This document shows, piece after piece, positions 1 to 11,237 of a stretch of 47,866 bases of DNA. A model generated the notes under the pieces. The model was not told where the DNA came from. It ran no database searches and was given only the letters and a program-made list of their open reading frames with translations. The stretch comes from Octopus bimaculoides (taxonomy: Eukaryota). Location: contig NC_069004.1 in NCBI RefSeq assembly GCF_001194135.2, positions 25,065,857 through 25,113,722 on the forward strand, read 5' to 3'. The stretch's first letter is position 1. Every line of letters starts with the position of its first letter. A program made the position numbers and the translations under genes.

Positions 1-70
<70 letters not shown>
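1..70. repeat. (GA)n-(GATA)n compound microsatellite
   Basis: Directly visible. Confidence 0.98.
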
Positions 71-72
<2 letters not shown>

Positions 73-500
73 TATACATGTATGTATGTATCATAGTTGT
101 CTACTTGTGACTGAGGAAGACCAACTCAGACCATTATGAATATTGTGCACTCAAAACCTTTAAGCAACTATGCATCAATATTCATGTCAAAAATCAGTAA
201 TGCTTGAGCAGAACTGTAAGTCCAACAATAACACGACACCTCATAGACCCTCACCGCTCTATTGATGTGATCCAGAGACAAACCGAGGCAATATCTTGCG
301 AGTTCGGGAATATAGACGATCCCAAAGTTGAAGTACAAAAAAGCAGCCCCAAATGTTCAATACTATTCGTCGTGTATCTGGCTTTGTTTTAGAGTAGTGA
401 TCTTTTCCAAGGGACATGCTTTAACAAAAGCTGAGCCGTGCCTCACATCGAGTGGCTTTCAAGCACGCTGGCCACAAACCCGGATTTTGTGTGTACCTGC

Positions 501-532
<32 letters not shown>

Positions 533-986
533 NNNNNNNNNNNNNNNNNNNNNNNNNNNNNNNNNNNNNNNNNNNNNNNNNNNNNNNNNNNNNNNNNNNN
601 NNNNNNNNNNNNNNNNNNNNNNNNNNNNNNNNNNNNNNNNNNNNNNNNNNNNNNNNNNNNNNNNNNNNNNNNNNNNNNNNNNNNNNNNNNNNNNNNNNNN
701 NNNNNNNNNNNNNNNNNNNNNNNNNNNNNNNNNNNNNNNNNNNNNNNNNNNNNNNNNNNNNNNNNNNNNNNNNNNNNNNNNNNNNNNNNNNNNNNNNNNN
801 NNNNNNNNNNNNNNNNNNNNNNNNNNNNNNNNNNNNNNNNNNNNNNNNNNNNNNNNNNNNNNNNNNNNNNNNNNNNNNNNNNNNNNNNNNNNNNNNNNNN
901 NNNNNNNNNNNNNNNNNNNNNNNNNNNNNNTATATAAAGATAGATAGAGGGGTAGATAGACAGAAAGAAAGGAAGTCAGACGGACA

Positions 987-988
987 GG

Positions 989-1057
<69 letters not shown>
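987..1057. repeat. (GATA)n microsatellite
   Basis: Directly visible. Confidence 0.98.
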
Positions 1058-1504
1058 GAAGATGTATATAAATATGTGAGTTAAGTATACAGATATATAT
1101 GTATGTATATAAGTTTTGTGCTTAAACGAATTTTTAGAATGACAAAAGATTTAATGTCGGTCAGAATCAATACTAATAATATGAGAGTGAAATAAAATAT
1201 AAATTTAGTTTTGACTTGAAAATTTAATTTCAATAAACGGTTTATTAAATCACTGCATATGATGAAGCACTGAGACGAAACAAGAAGTTCTAAATTATAT
1301 ATTCTATGTTCTATGCAAAACTTCTTGTCGATGTTATCGTTTCTGCCGACGTTGTTATTCGAGTTTTGATGACTTCGAATTGACTGTTGGCCTTTGCCAT
1401 TGCATAAATTTCTGCAGCGTGATACAATTTGTACCTTCACCTATAGTTATATATACCTGTTTGTATTCGAAAAAATCTCAACTAAGATTTTTTATATATT
1501 ACTT

Positions 1505-1600
1505 TTTACTTGTTTCAATCATTAGAGTGCGACCATGCTGGGGCACCACCTCGAAGAATTCTTAGTCGTAGGAATCGACCGCAGATCTTTTTTTTTCTTT
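1505..1600 (-). mobile_element. SINE family A, 3' end fragment
   Basis: cttgtttcaatcatt..gcgaccatgctggggcacc matches the 3' end of the full A copy at 33737-34128. Confidence 0.75.
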
Positions 1601-1924
1601 TTTTCTGCAAAACTTTGTTTGCGAAATTTTAGTTTTTGTGTTTTCGTTTTCCGTTTTTTTTAACCTTCCGCGTTTTCCATATGCTGCCTTCTCAGTTTTA
1701 CCGCGTTTCTTCATTTCTTCTTTTTTTTTTTAGTTCATTGTGACATGTGGGTGGTTTGTGCCTGATGAGTATGTTTAGGAAATTTCTCAACTGATGAAAC
1801 TATTAGTAGCATTTGAAGATATGCATCGTGACCTTTAAATAAATAATATTTATCTCTCACCAGTTAAAATACTTTTTTTGTTGAATTTTCTATCGCGGAA
1901 CAGTACATTATATATATCTAAATG

Positions 1925-2020
1925 TACGACGCGTTTCTTTCCTGTTCCGTCTACCAAATCCACTCACAAGTCTTTGGTCGGAACAAGGCAGTAGCAGAAG
2001 ACACTTGGCCAAGGTGCACC
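1925..2020 (-). mobile_element. SINE family A, internal fragment
   Basis: ccgtctaccaaatccactcacaag..gaagacacttggccaagg matches 33967-34040. Confidence 0.8.
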
Positions 2021-2058
2021 TATGGATAATGAAATGTAAAAACAGAAGTTCGAGTCTC

Positions 2059-2235
2059 TTTGATAACTCAGTATATAATGGTACTTCGTTTGAGCTCTTG
2101 ATACGGAAGGGTGCACCTCTTCATGGCTTAGTATAAAAGGGTGCTCCTTTAGATAATTTAGTATATAACGTTCACCGTTTGATGTCTTAGTATATAAGGC
2201 ATTATTGGATGGATTTCTATATAATGTACGGCAGT
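2059..2235. repeat. Degenerate ~30-bp minisatellite, about 6 units
   Basis: Recurring ttga(t)..cttagtatataa(g)gg units at ~30-bp spacing. Confidence 0.65.
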
Positions 2236-2430
2236 CTATGCACTTCTGTACGTATTTATGCCCAGCAACATGTCTACTTTGCTCGAAATGTTTCTTGGTA
2301 TATATCACTTAATCTTTCTTTCATTATCCCTCTCTCTAATCCATCTCAGTTTCACTCCGTACGACTAATGCTTCTCTCAGAAAATGTATGTGTAATCATA
2401 GATGAGTTCGTATGTTTGTGTAATGTATCC

Positions 2431-2575
2431 ACGCATATATTCATATGTGTATACACGTGTGTATATATCCATATATGTATACATGTTTGCACGCATGTAT
2501 TCATATATGTATACACGTGTGTATATATCCATATATGTATACATGTTTGCACGTATATATTAATATATGTATACA
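2431..2575. repeat. 60-bp tandem repeat, about 2.4 units, derived from TA/CA microsatellite
   Basis: 2431-2490 and 2491-2550 are nearly identical; partial third unit follows. Confidence 0.9.
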
Positions 2576-2731
2576 AATTGAAGTATACACACAGCACACA
2601 CATATATCAATATCTACACGTATGATGTATGTCTTCAGTTCAGTTAAATGTCAGTAAAATGATATTTATCTCTCTCTATATGAATTTATATACATACACG
2701 TATAATTATATATGTATAAATATTTATATAT

Positions 2732-2784
<53 letters not shown>

Positions 2785-3467
2785 CACAAACACATACGTA
2801 TGCACATACACACTCACATACACACATATAAGGACATATAACTAGCAATGTATCTCTGTAGCCACATCTCCCTTTCTCTCTCCCCATGTCTATCTGTGTC
2901 TCTCTCCCTCTCCCTCTCTTTCTCTCTCTCACTCTCTATCCCTCTCCCTCCTCTCTCTCTCTCTCTTTCTCACTGTCGCTGTTTCTCTGTACATACATAT
3001 AAACCTGAAGATTATTTAAAGAATCTATACTTGGGATAGAATCGCTAATTTACTGTCAGATCGTTGAAATGGAAGCATTTTCTTACTTTGGTAATGGCTC
3101 AAATTTAATTGATTTCCCAGAATTACAGAGTTACTGATAATTCCTGACATTTGAAGCGAACGAACATTAAGACACTAACACACACACACACACACACACC
3201 TGTACATATACTTACTTATATGTATGTATATATACGTTGGTATATTTGTAATGTATGTATGTAAGCATATATGTATGTATATATGTATGCATGAACGTAC
3301 ACACGCATTAAATGTATGTATGTATTTATGTAGATGTACGAGTGTGTAATTACATCATCAGGATTATATTGCAACTATGGAAATCTCGTTGCAAGAAGAA
3401 ATATATAATATGTACAGGATATGTAAGTGAATTTATAGAAACGGACGTGCATATGAAAGTATGAATG

Positions 3468-3615
<148 letters not shown>

Positions 3616-4821
3616 TATCTACGCACAAATACACACATACCNNNNNNNNNNNNNNNNNNNNNNNNNNNNNNNNNNNNNNNNNNNNNNNNNNNNNNNNNNN
3701 NNNNNNNNNNNNNNNNNNNNNNNNNNNNNNNNNNNNNNNNNNNNNNNNNNNNNNNNNNNNNNNNNNNNNNNNNNNNNNNNNNNNNNNNNNNNNNNNNNNN
3801 NNNNNNNNNNNNNNNNNNNNNNNNNNNNNNNNNNNNNNNNNNNNNNNNNNNNNNNNNNNNNNNNNNNNNNNNNNNNNNNNNNNNNNNNNNNNNNNNNNNN
3901 NNNNNNNNNNNNNNNNNNNNNNNNNNNNNNNNNNNNNNNNNNNNNNNNNNNNNNNNNNNNNNNNNNNNNNNNNNNNNNNNNNNNNNNNNNNNNNNNNNNN
4001 NNNNNNNNNNNNNNNNNNNNNNNNNNNNNNNNNNNNNNNNNNNNNNNNNNNNNNNNNNNNNNNNNNNNNNNNNNNNNNNNNNNNNNNNNNNNNNNNNATA
4101 TATATATATATATATATATACATACACTCATAAGTCTCGTACAGATTTACACATGCGTTTATCAGAATATATGTGCCTCTGTAGAATCGTTCGGATATAC
4201 GGTTGCTTGAATATAAAACCCATTCAGTTTGTAGTTTACTGTGTGGTTTTTATTTCAAATATCTTTGGTGTTGTGTCTTTTTTTTCTCTTCTCTGTGTTT
4301 TGTTTTTGTTTCAAACCATCGTTGGTAATATAGTTTTCATTCTACTTCATTTATTTTGCGTTGTGTGAATTTTAACAGCCGTTTCTCTTAGCCAGCAGAA
4401 TTTTAACCATGAATTTGATCATAAAACGACACTTCATTCTGAATTTAGAACTACCATAATGTAATATTAATATAAGGTGAATTGCAGACGCCTTAGAATT
4501 TGGTGATGGTTTGACTTGTCGGCAAAACTGAGTCAATATATAGTTTAGAAGTTACGTAAAATTGTTTTATATTTGTCGGAAATATTGAAGAAAATTACAT
4601 TTCCTCGCTCTTGTCCTTTGTCTGTAAATGATGAAATGACAAAATTTACCAGGAGTAGGAGAATTGAATTCGTGGTAGAAAAGTGTAATAAAGCAAGATG
4701 GCTAATAGGGGAAGGTTTGAAATTATTGAAACTAATACAAAGTCAAAAACGTGTACAGGAATGTCTATTGTTACATCTCTCACACAGCCAAGCAATATAG
4801 TTCAAATGACTTGTTATATAG

Positions 4822-5209
4822 TTGTTGTTGTTGGCACTCCGTCGCTTACAATGTCGAGAGTTCCAGTTGATCCGATCAACGGAACAGCCTGCTCGTGAAA
4901 TTAACGTGCAAGTGGCTGAGCACTCCACAGACACGTGTACCCTTAACGTAGTTCTCGGGGATATTCAGCGTCACACAGTGTGACAAGGCTGAACCTTTGA
5001 ATTACAGGTACAACAGAAACAGGAAGTAAGAGTGACAGAAAGTTGTGGCGAAAGAGTACAGCAGGGTCGCCACTATCCCCTACCGGAGCCTCGTGGAGCT
5101 TTAGGTGTTTTCGCTCAATAAACACCCACAACGCCCAGTCTGGGAATCGTAACCGTGATCCTATGACCGCGAGTCCGCTGCCCTAACCACTGGGCCATTG
5201 TGTCTCCAC
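4822..5209 (-). mobile_element. SINE family C, full-length, tRNA(Arg)-like head, (AAC)n tail
   Basis: Minus strand starts with an A-box-like tggcccagtgg and a degenerate B box. It is flanked by the 10-bp TSD tgttatatag (4812-4821, 5210-5219). Sister copy at 35614-35994. Confidence 0.92.
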
Positions 5210-5925
5210 TGTTATATAGATATAGAACAGAAAGAAAGAAAGTAGATGGGTACAGTACATCTAAGAGCCACAGGAGGAGGGAATAAGTTAAAAGATTAAC
5301 AGCATTCTTGAGATAAGGGAGGAGCATATGAAATGAAACAGGTAGGTTATATTAAACAACTGCCAGTAGAGTTGCTCTTAGCATGACTGATGAATTTATT
5401 GAGTAGAGTCGGAATTAAAGTATTATTATAAAAGATGGCACGAAGCTGCAGAAGATAGGCAGAAGCAATTACGACCATATACAACTACATCCGTTACACA
5501 GTAGTCGTTCATATATTCAGAAAAATTTAAAAGCATTCATATACATTTCCTCGCTGCGATCACGCTAATTTAATTTTACTACGTTTACGACTTTATCATT
5601 GAAATAAAACACCTCACTCATGTTCACAATGATTAAGTTTCACTAAAGTGGTAAAATTGCTAGCGCGGGTGGACTGAGTCATTTGCATCTGTGGCATATT
5701 TGGCATAGCCATTCCTTGCAGATTTCGCTCCAGCAGCCAGCAACCGGTTTTCATTTATAAAATTCTTACCAACCGGCTCGTGCGAACCGGTGCCAATCGG
5801 ATCCAGCTCGCCATTGCATAAATCACATACGAACACACTATCACAACAGAAACACGTACACACATAATACATACGTAGATATACATAATTACAGAAATCC
5901 ATATATATATACATACATACATACA

Positions 5926-5959
<34 letters not shown>

Positions 5960-6470
5960 NNNNNNNNNNNNNNNNNNNNNNNNNNNNNNNNNNNNNNNNN
6001 NNNNNNNNNNNNNNNNNNNNNNNNNNNNNNNNNNNNNNNNNNNNNNNNNNNNNNNNNNNNNNNNNNNNNNNNNNNNNNNNNNNNNNNNNNNNNNNNNNNN
6101 NNNNNNNNNNNNNNNNNNNNNNNNNNNNNNNNNNNNNNNNNNNNNNNNNNNNNNNNNNNNNNNNNNNNNNNNNNNNNNNNNNNNNNNNNNNNNNNNNNNN
6201 NNNNNNNNNNNNNNNNNNNNNNNNNNNNNNNNNNNNNNNNNNNNNNNNNNNNNNNNNNNNNNNNNNNNNNNNNNNNNNNNNNNNNNNNNNNNNNNNNNNN
6301 NNNNNNNNNNNNNNNNNNNNNNNNNNNNNNNNNNNNNNNNNNNNNNNNNNNNNNNNNNNNNNNNNNNNNNNNNNNNNNNNNNNNNNNNNNNNNNNNNNNN
6401 NNNNNNNNNNNNNNNNNNNNNNNNNNNNNNNNNNNNNNNNNNNATATATATATATATATATACCCTCAGA

Positions 6471-6855
6471 CATGTGTGCTACCCTGCTGATATGAATGTC
6501 TCTTCAAAAAGCAAACAGAAAAAGAGTAAGTAAGGACAACTGCTTAGAAAGCTCTTGCTTCTATAATCAGGTTTTAAATTCACATTTATACCATTAATGA
6601 TTGGTAAACATGGTTTCATGCGTTAATACCTAAGTGACAATCCGGATAAGCTAAGGGTTTCAGAAAAAGAAATCAACCAGCTAACTCACACATTACAAAT
6701 ATAATCTGTAAGTGGAACAGTAAAAATATGCAAGACTTTTTTCAAGTGTTACATAGATTTTGTTATCTACATTCCAATGATGGAGCTTTGTATTTTGGCT
6801 TGAAACCAGTTACTTCCCCAGAGGAAGACTTCAAATAATAAGAAACAGAAAAGAG
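6471..6855 (+). mobile_element. RLE-type (R4/Dong-like) LINE 3' end, copy 1, decayed
   Basis: Translates with stops as VCYPADMNV..FTFIPLMIG..LQI*SVSGTVKICKTF, then a diverged copy of the 3' UTR seen in copies 2-4. Confidence 0.8.
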
Positions 6856-7000
6856 CATACATACAAACATACATACAAACATACATGCATATATACATGC
6901 ATACACACACATACATACATACATACATACATACATACATAAACACATACATACGAACGCATATACGTACATACATACATAAATACAACATACATACTTA

Positions 7001-7416
7001 CATAATAGAGCTGACATAGTGATTTGATATGAAGAAGAGAAACTGTTAACATAAAACTAAAGGTCAGCGAAAAAGCAAATATTTATGCTGAGCTATTCAG
7101 AAATTTACAGCTAATCTACAAAGATTCAAAGCTCAGGTTTACACTCGTAAATATAGGGGCGTTGGGATATGTAACACACTGCCTAACTATCAGTCTTGGG
7201 ACATGAGGCTTCTCAAAACCAGAAAGGAGAAAGATGATTCGAAGAAGACAGATCCAAGCCAACACTGGATCTGTAAAACTTTCCAGAAGTTTATCATTTA
7301 AGTATATATGTACATATCAAGAGATGCAACTATAAGCATGGGAATACATACATAACACAAACCATAAAAATCTGCACATGCGCTCACTCCAAATACTGCA
7401 TACATACATACATACA

Positions 7417-7452
<36 letters not shown>

Positions 7453-7599
7453 TACACACATATATACATACATGCATACACACATACATACATACATACA
7501 TACATACACGATTCATGTTGAAATTCCAATCAACAAGTTTTGGATCTAGTTTAGAAACCGGCTTCTTGGCAAGAAATCTTGAAATAAAATGAATAATGA
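7001..7599 (+). mobile_element. RLE-type LINE 3' end, copy 2
   Basis: HNRADIVI*..NIKLKVSEK..YAELFRNLQL..IGALGYV..CKTFQKFII*. The 3' UTR has internal (CATA)n and ends gaaataaaatgaataatg before (CATA)n. Confidence 0.88.
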
Positions 7600-7686
7600 T
7601 ATACATACATACATGTATACATACATACATGTATACATACATGCATACATACATACATACATGCATACATACATACATGCATGCAT

Positions 7687-7719
<33 letters not shown>

Positions 7720-7730
7720 TATGCACAAAT

Positions 7731-7836
7731 ACCTAGATGATGTTGATAAAAGTTCCGATGAAAGAGCCTTGAATCTATGTTAGAGTCCGGCTCTTTCTCT
7801 ATGGACAAGAAATACAGAAATGAAACTGATTGATAA
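7731..7836 (+). mobile_element. RLE-type LINE 3' UTR only, copy 3
   Basis: gatgttga..gagccttgaatctatgttagagtccggctctttctctat matches the 3' UTR of copies 2 and 4. Confidence 0.75.
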
Positions 7837-7858
7837 CATACATACGTACGTACGTATG

Positions 7859-8304
7859 GAATACTGGTGGAATGTCCCAGTGAAGACCTCAATAAAATGT
7901 AAGCACAACAGGCCTGATATAATGATTTGGGATAGGGAAGAGAAACTGTGCACAGTTGTGGATATGTGGCTTCTCAAAAGTTGGGAAACGAGGCTTCACA
8001 AAACCAGATAGGAGAAAGCTAATATGAAGACAACAGATCCAATCCATCATTAGAACTGTAAAAGTCTGTAAAACTTTCCAGAAGTTTATCATTTAAATAT
8101 ATATGAGTATGTCTAGATATGCAGTTATATGCATGAGAATACATACATAAACCATACAAATCTATACATACATACATACATACATGCATACAAACAAAAA
8201 TCCCCTGTTGTTGACGTTGAAATTCCTTGGAAGGAGCCTTGGATGTAGGTTAGAAACCGCTTCTTTCTCTATTGACAAGAAGTCTTGAAATAAACTGAAT
8301 AATG
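7859..8304 (+). mobile_element. RLE-type LINE 3' end, copy 4, internally deleted
   Basis: EYWWNVPVKTSIKCKHNRPDIMIWDREEKLCTVV contains the RPD motif of the PD-(D/E)xK restriction-like nuclease. Then ..VCKTFQKFII* and the same 3' UTR. Confidence 0.92.
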
Positions 8305-8760
8305 CCATACACACATAAATGCATACTCACATGACGGCGTGTGTCAGGATATATAACAGCCATGTACAGCTACACACAAATTTCAGAACGTATGAGCATT
8401 ACTCATGTAGTTACAGTGTGAATCTTTATCATTTCAACTGCTTAAGTTTGCTGTTCACTTCCTTTCAAAAAGATTTTGGTAATATTTTACTTGGCTACAT
8501 TATTTACCATTATTTTTATTCCTCTTCCACTTTCTTTCTATTTTTCCCTCCCGGTCTGTGTCTGCTGTCTGCCCCCCCCCCCACTTCAGATACTCTCTCT
8601 TTCTCTCTCTCTCTCTTTCTGAGACAATTCTGTCTTGTTTTATTTTCATTTGTATGCATTACAAACGAACATGAAACGAATGAAAAAATTCTACATTAGT
8701 GTGTATGAGTGTGTTGATGCACGTGTATGTATTATATATGTATATATAATATTTGTGGAT

Positions 8761-8793
<33 letters not shown>

Positions 8794-8867
8794 TACGCGT
8801 ACTCACACACATATATACATACACGCATACAAAATATTTACGAATATATACATATACATACTACTAG

Positions 8868-8899
<32 letters not shown>

Positions 8900-8949
8900 C
8901 ATACACAAACTTGCACACATGCATACATAAACATACACACAACTACACA

Positions 8950-8987
<38 letters not shown>

Positions 8988-9076
8988 CATATATCTATCT
9001 GTCTGTCTATTGATCTATCTACGTGTGTGTNNNNNNNNNNGCATATATCTATCTGTCTGTCTATTGATCTATCTAC

Positions 9077-9110
<34 letters not shown>

Positions 9111-9378
9111 GGAATATACAGCGCCTTGCAATGGTTATTTTTAGATAAATCTAATTGGTTTAGTTAAATTCGCATCTTGGAAAGAAGCTATCGTCTGCAA
9201 TTTTTTTTATTTATTTTTCGCCCTTCCTTTTATTTGTGAAAGACGCATTTAATGTGAAATACAAAATAATCGCAATAGGAACTCGATGTTGTTGTTTAGC
9301 GCCAGACTACATCAGCTGACCTCATATCCAACCGTGGCCATCCCAACCTAATATGCGATAGTAAGGTATATGCATGTA

Positions 9379-9850
9379 CGAGGTCTGACTACAAAGTATC
9401 TGATCTGGGGCAATAGAAACTAAACTACAACACATATCAAATTGGCATTTCGTCTCTTTTGAAATGGCCTCCTTCTATCGCCGCACACTTTATGTAACGT
9501 GGTTTCCATTGATGGAAGCTTTGCTAGAACTGTTTTGATGATATCGAGCAGCTGCCTTGTCGCATCCTCTTGGATTTCATCGACGTTTTGAAATTTTGTT
9601 CCTCAAAAATGGGATTTCTATCAAACGTTGGTTTCCGGGTCATAGCCATAACCCACAATTCGTCACCTGTTATGACTGTTTTCAAAATGTGTTCGTTTTC
9701 CACGGCACAATCAAAAAGCTTCTGCGCATCTGAAACTCGTTCTTCTTTTGAGACGACTGCACTCGACACACTTTACTTCCAGGTACTGCTATAAACAACG
9801 GAAGTGAGTGAGAAAGTTATAGAGTGAATGCGCGACAGAGATGAAGATTT
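9379..9850 (-). mobile_element. Mariner-type DNA transposon relic, internally deleted
   Basis: TA plus cgaggtctgac..aaagtat ITR-like end. Minus strand gives ILKTVITGDELWV (first catalytic D) and a C-terminal DVDEIQEDATRQLL segment. Confidence 0.85.
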
Positions 9851-9894
9851 GTACTAAGGGGCTTCCCTTTTTACCAAGAAATAATCTTTTATCT

Positions 9895-10045
9895 TTATAC
9901 TTGTTTCATCATTGGAATACGGCCATGCTAGGGCACCAACTTGAGGGGTTTACCCGAACAAATCTCTTAATCTTTTTTTTTGTCTTTTCTTTTCGAGTCA
10001 GCGCTTAGTTTTTTCAATCTCTTTTACGGAACCGCTAATTTACAG
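9895..10045 (-). mobile_element. SINE family A, degenerate 3' fragment
   Basis: cttgtttcatcattggaatacggccatgctagggcacc..ggaaccgctaatttac. Confidence 0.65.
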
Positions 10046-10302
10046 GTGTATCTGTGTGGTAAAAATATTGCTTCTCGATCACAGAGTCTGGGTTCAGTCT
10101 CACTGCATGCCACCTTCGGCAAGTATCTTCTACTATATTTGTAGAAAATTTCATTTTAAAATATCCATTTTCCTAGAAGTTATGAGGAAAGTAAATTGAG
10201 GAGGCAGATCTGTGTAGGTATGCCAAATTCCGTTTTTACCCTGCAGTCCGACTAAAGCCTTGTCAGTGGATTTGGTAGACGAAAACTGGAAGAAGTTCGT
10301 CG

Positions 10303-10378
<76 letters not shown>

Positions 10379-10592
10379 CGCATATGTTTGTGTGGCTGTG
10401 TTTGTCTCCCCAACATCGCTTGACAACAGACGCTGGTGTGTTTACGTCATCTAACTTGATGGTTCGGCAAAAGAGACCGATAGAATAAGTACTAGGTTTA
10501 CAAAGAATAAGCTCTGGGGTCGATTTTCTCGACTAAAGGCGGTGCTCCAGCATGGCCGCAGTCAAATGACTGAAACGACTAGGAGAATAAGA
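10046..10592 (+). mobile_element. SINE family A, near full-length, split by a ~110-bp foreign repeat at 10138-10247
   Basis: Head with gggttcagtc B box and ccttcggcaagtatcttc. Body resumes at ccgactaaagcc, has internal (TA)(TG)n and ends ggccgcagtcaaatgactgaaac. Confidence 0.9.
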
Positions 10593-10742
10593 GAAAGTGA
10601 CATAATTAAGAAGCAATACAATAAAATTTTGGAACAAGTAAGTTATGAGGAAAGTAAATTGAGGAGGCAGATCTGTGTAGGTATGCCAAATTCCATTTTT
10701 ACCCTGCAGTCCGACCAAAGCCTTGCTCAACTCGTTTTTCTT

Positions 10743-10856
10743 TTATTGACCCCCGAAGGAGAAAAGGTAAAGTCACCTTCGGTGGAACTTGAACTCAGAA
10801 CGGGAAGACAGGTGAAAAAGCGCTAACCACTTTGCCCAGTATGCTAACGATTCTTT
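10743..10856 (-). mobile_element. SINE family B fragment
   Basis: Reverse complement of gttctgagttcaa..ccttttctccttcgggggtcaata. Confidence 0.7.
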
Positions 10857-11237
10857 TAAGAAGCAATGCAATAATGGTTCTTATAAGAAGTGATGCATTA
10901 TGTCACCCACGCAGAAATTTCAAGTGGTTGAAAGAAGCATCGAGAATTTTTTGCGCTGTCCAATGAATATGATAATTATTAAATAGTGGATTAAGGCGAA
11001 TTTCTCTTAATTTTAAAATTCTTTCTTCCTTCCTTGATTTTAAATATTCTCATCATTTTACTGGGTTTCTTTTCTTGTTTCGATGTGTGTGCGTATGTGT
11101 GTGTGATTCTATTTTAAAAGTTAGATTTACAACGTTCGTCCATGTATATAGCAACTAAATATATAATTAATATTTCTTTTTAGCGTTTTAATTTTTGTTT
11201 CTCATTATTAATGAATAATGAATTGCGTTGGATTTAG

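Noticed and set aside
1290-1445. Protein-looking minus-strand frames (e.g. YKLYHAAEIYAMAKANSQFEVIK..)
   Set aside because: Short, no recognisable domain, weak splice acceptor, no linked exons.
5740-5817. caatggcgagctggatcc..accggttcgc segment on -, reminiscent of hAT-type ends
   Set aside because: Only one possible end, no partner TIR or TSD; resemblance is from memory only.
6468-6532. Apparent exon (ccctcag/ACATG...AAAGA/gtaagt)
   Set aside because: The peptide CYPADMNV..K is part of the RLE-LINE relic and homology continues past the donor-like site.
8988-9084. 43-bp direct repeat around a 10-N gap
   Set aside because: Typical unmerged contig overlap, so most likely an assembly artefact.
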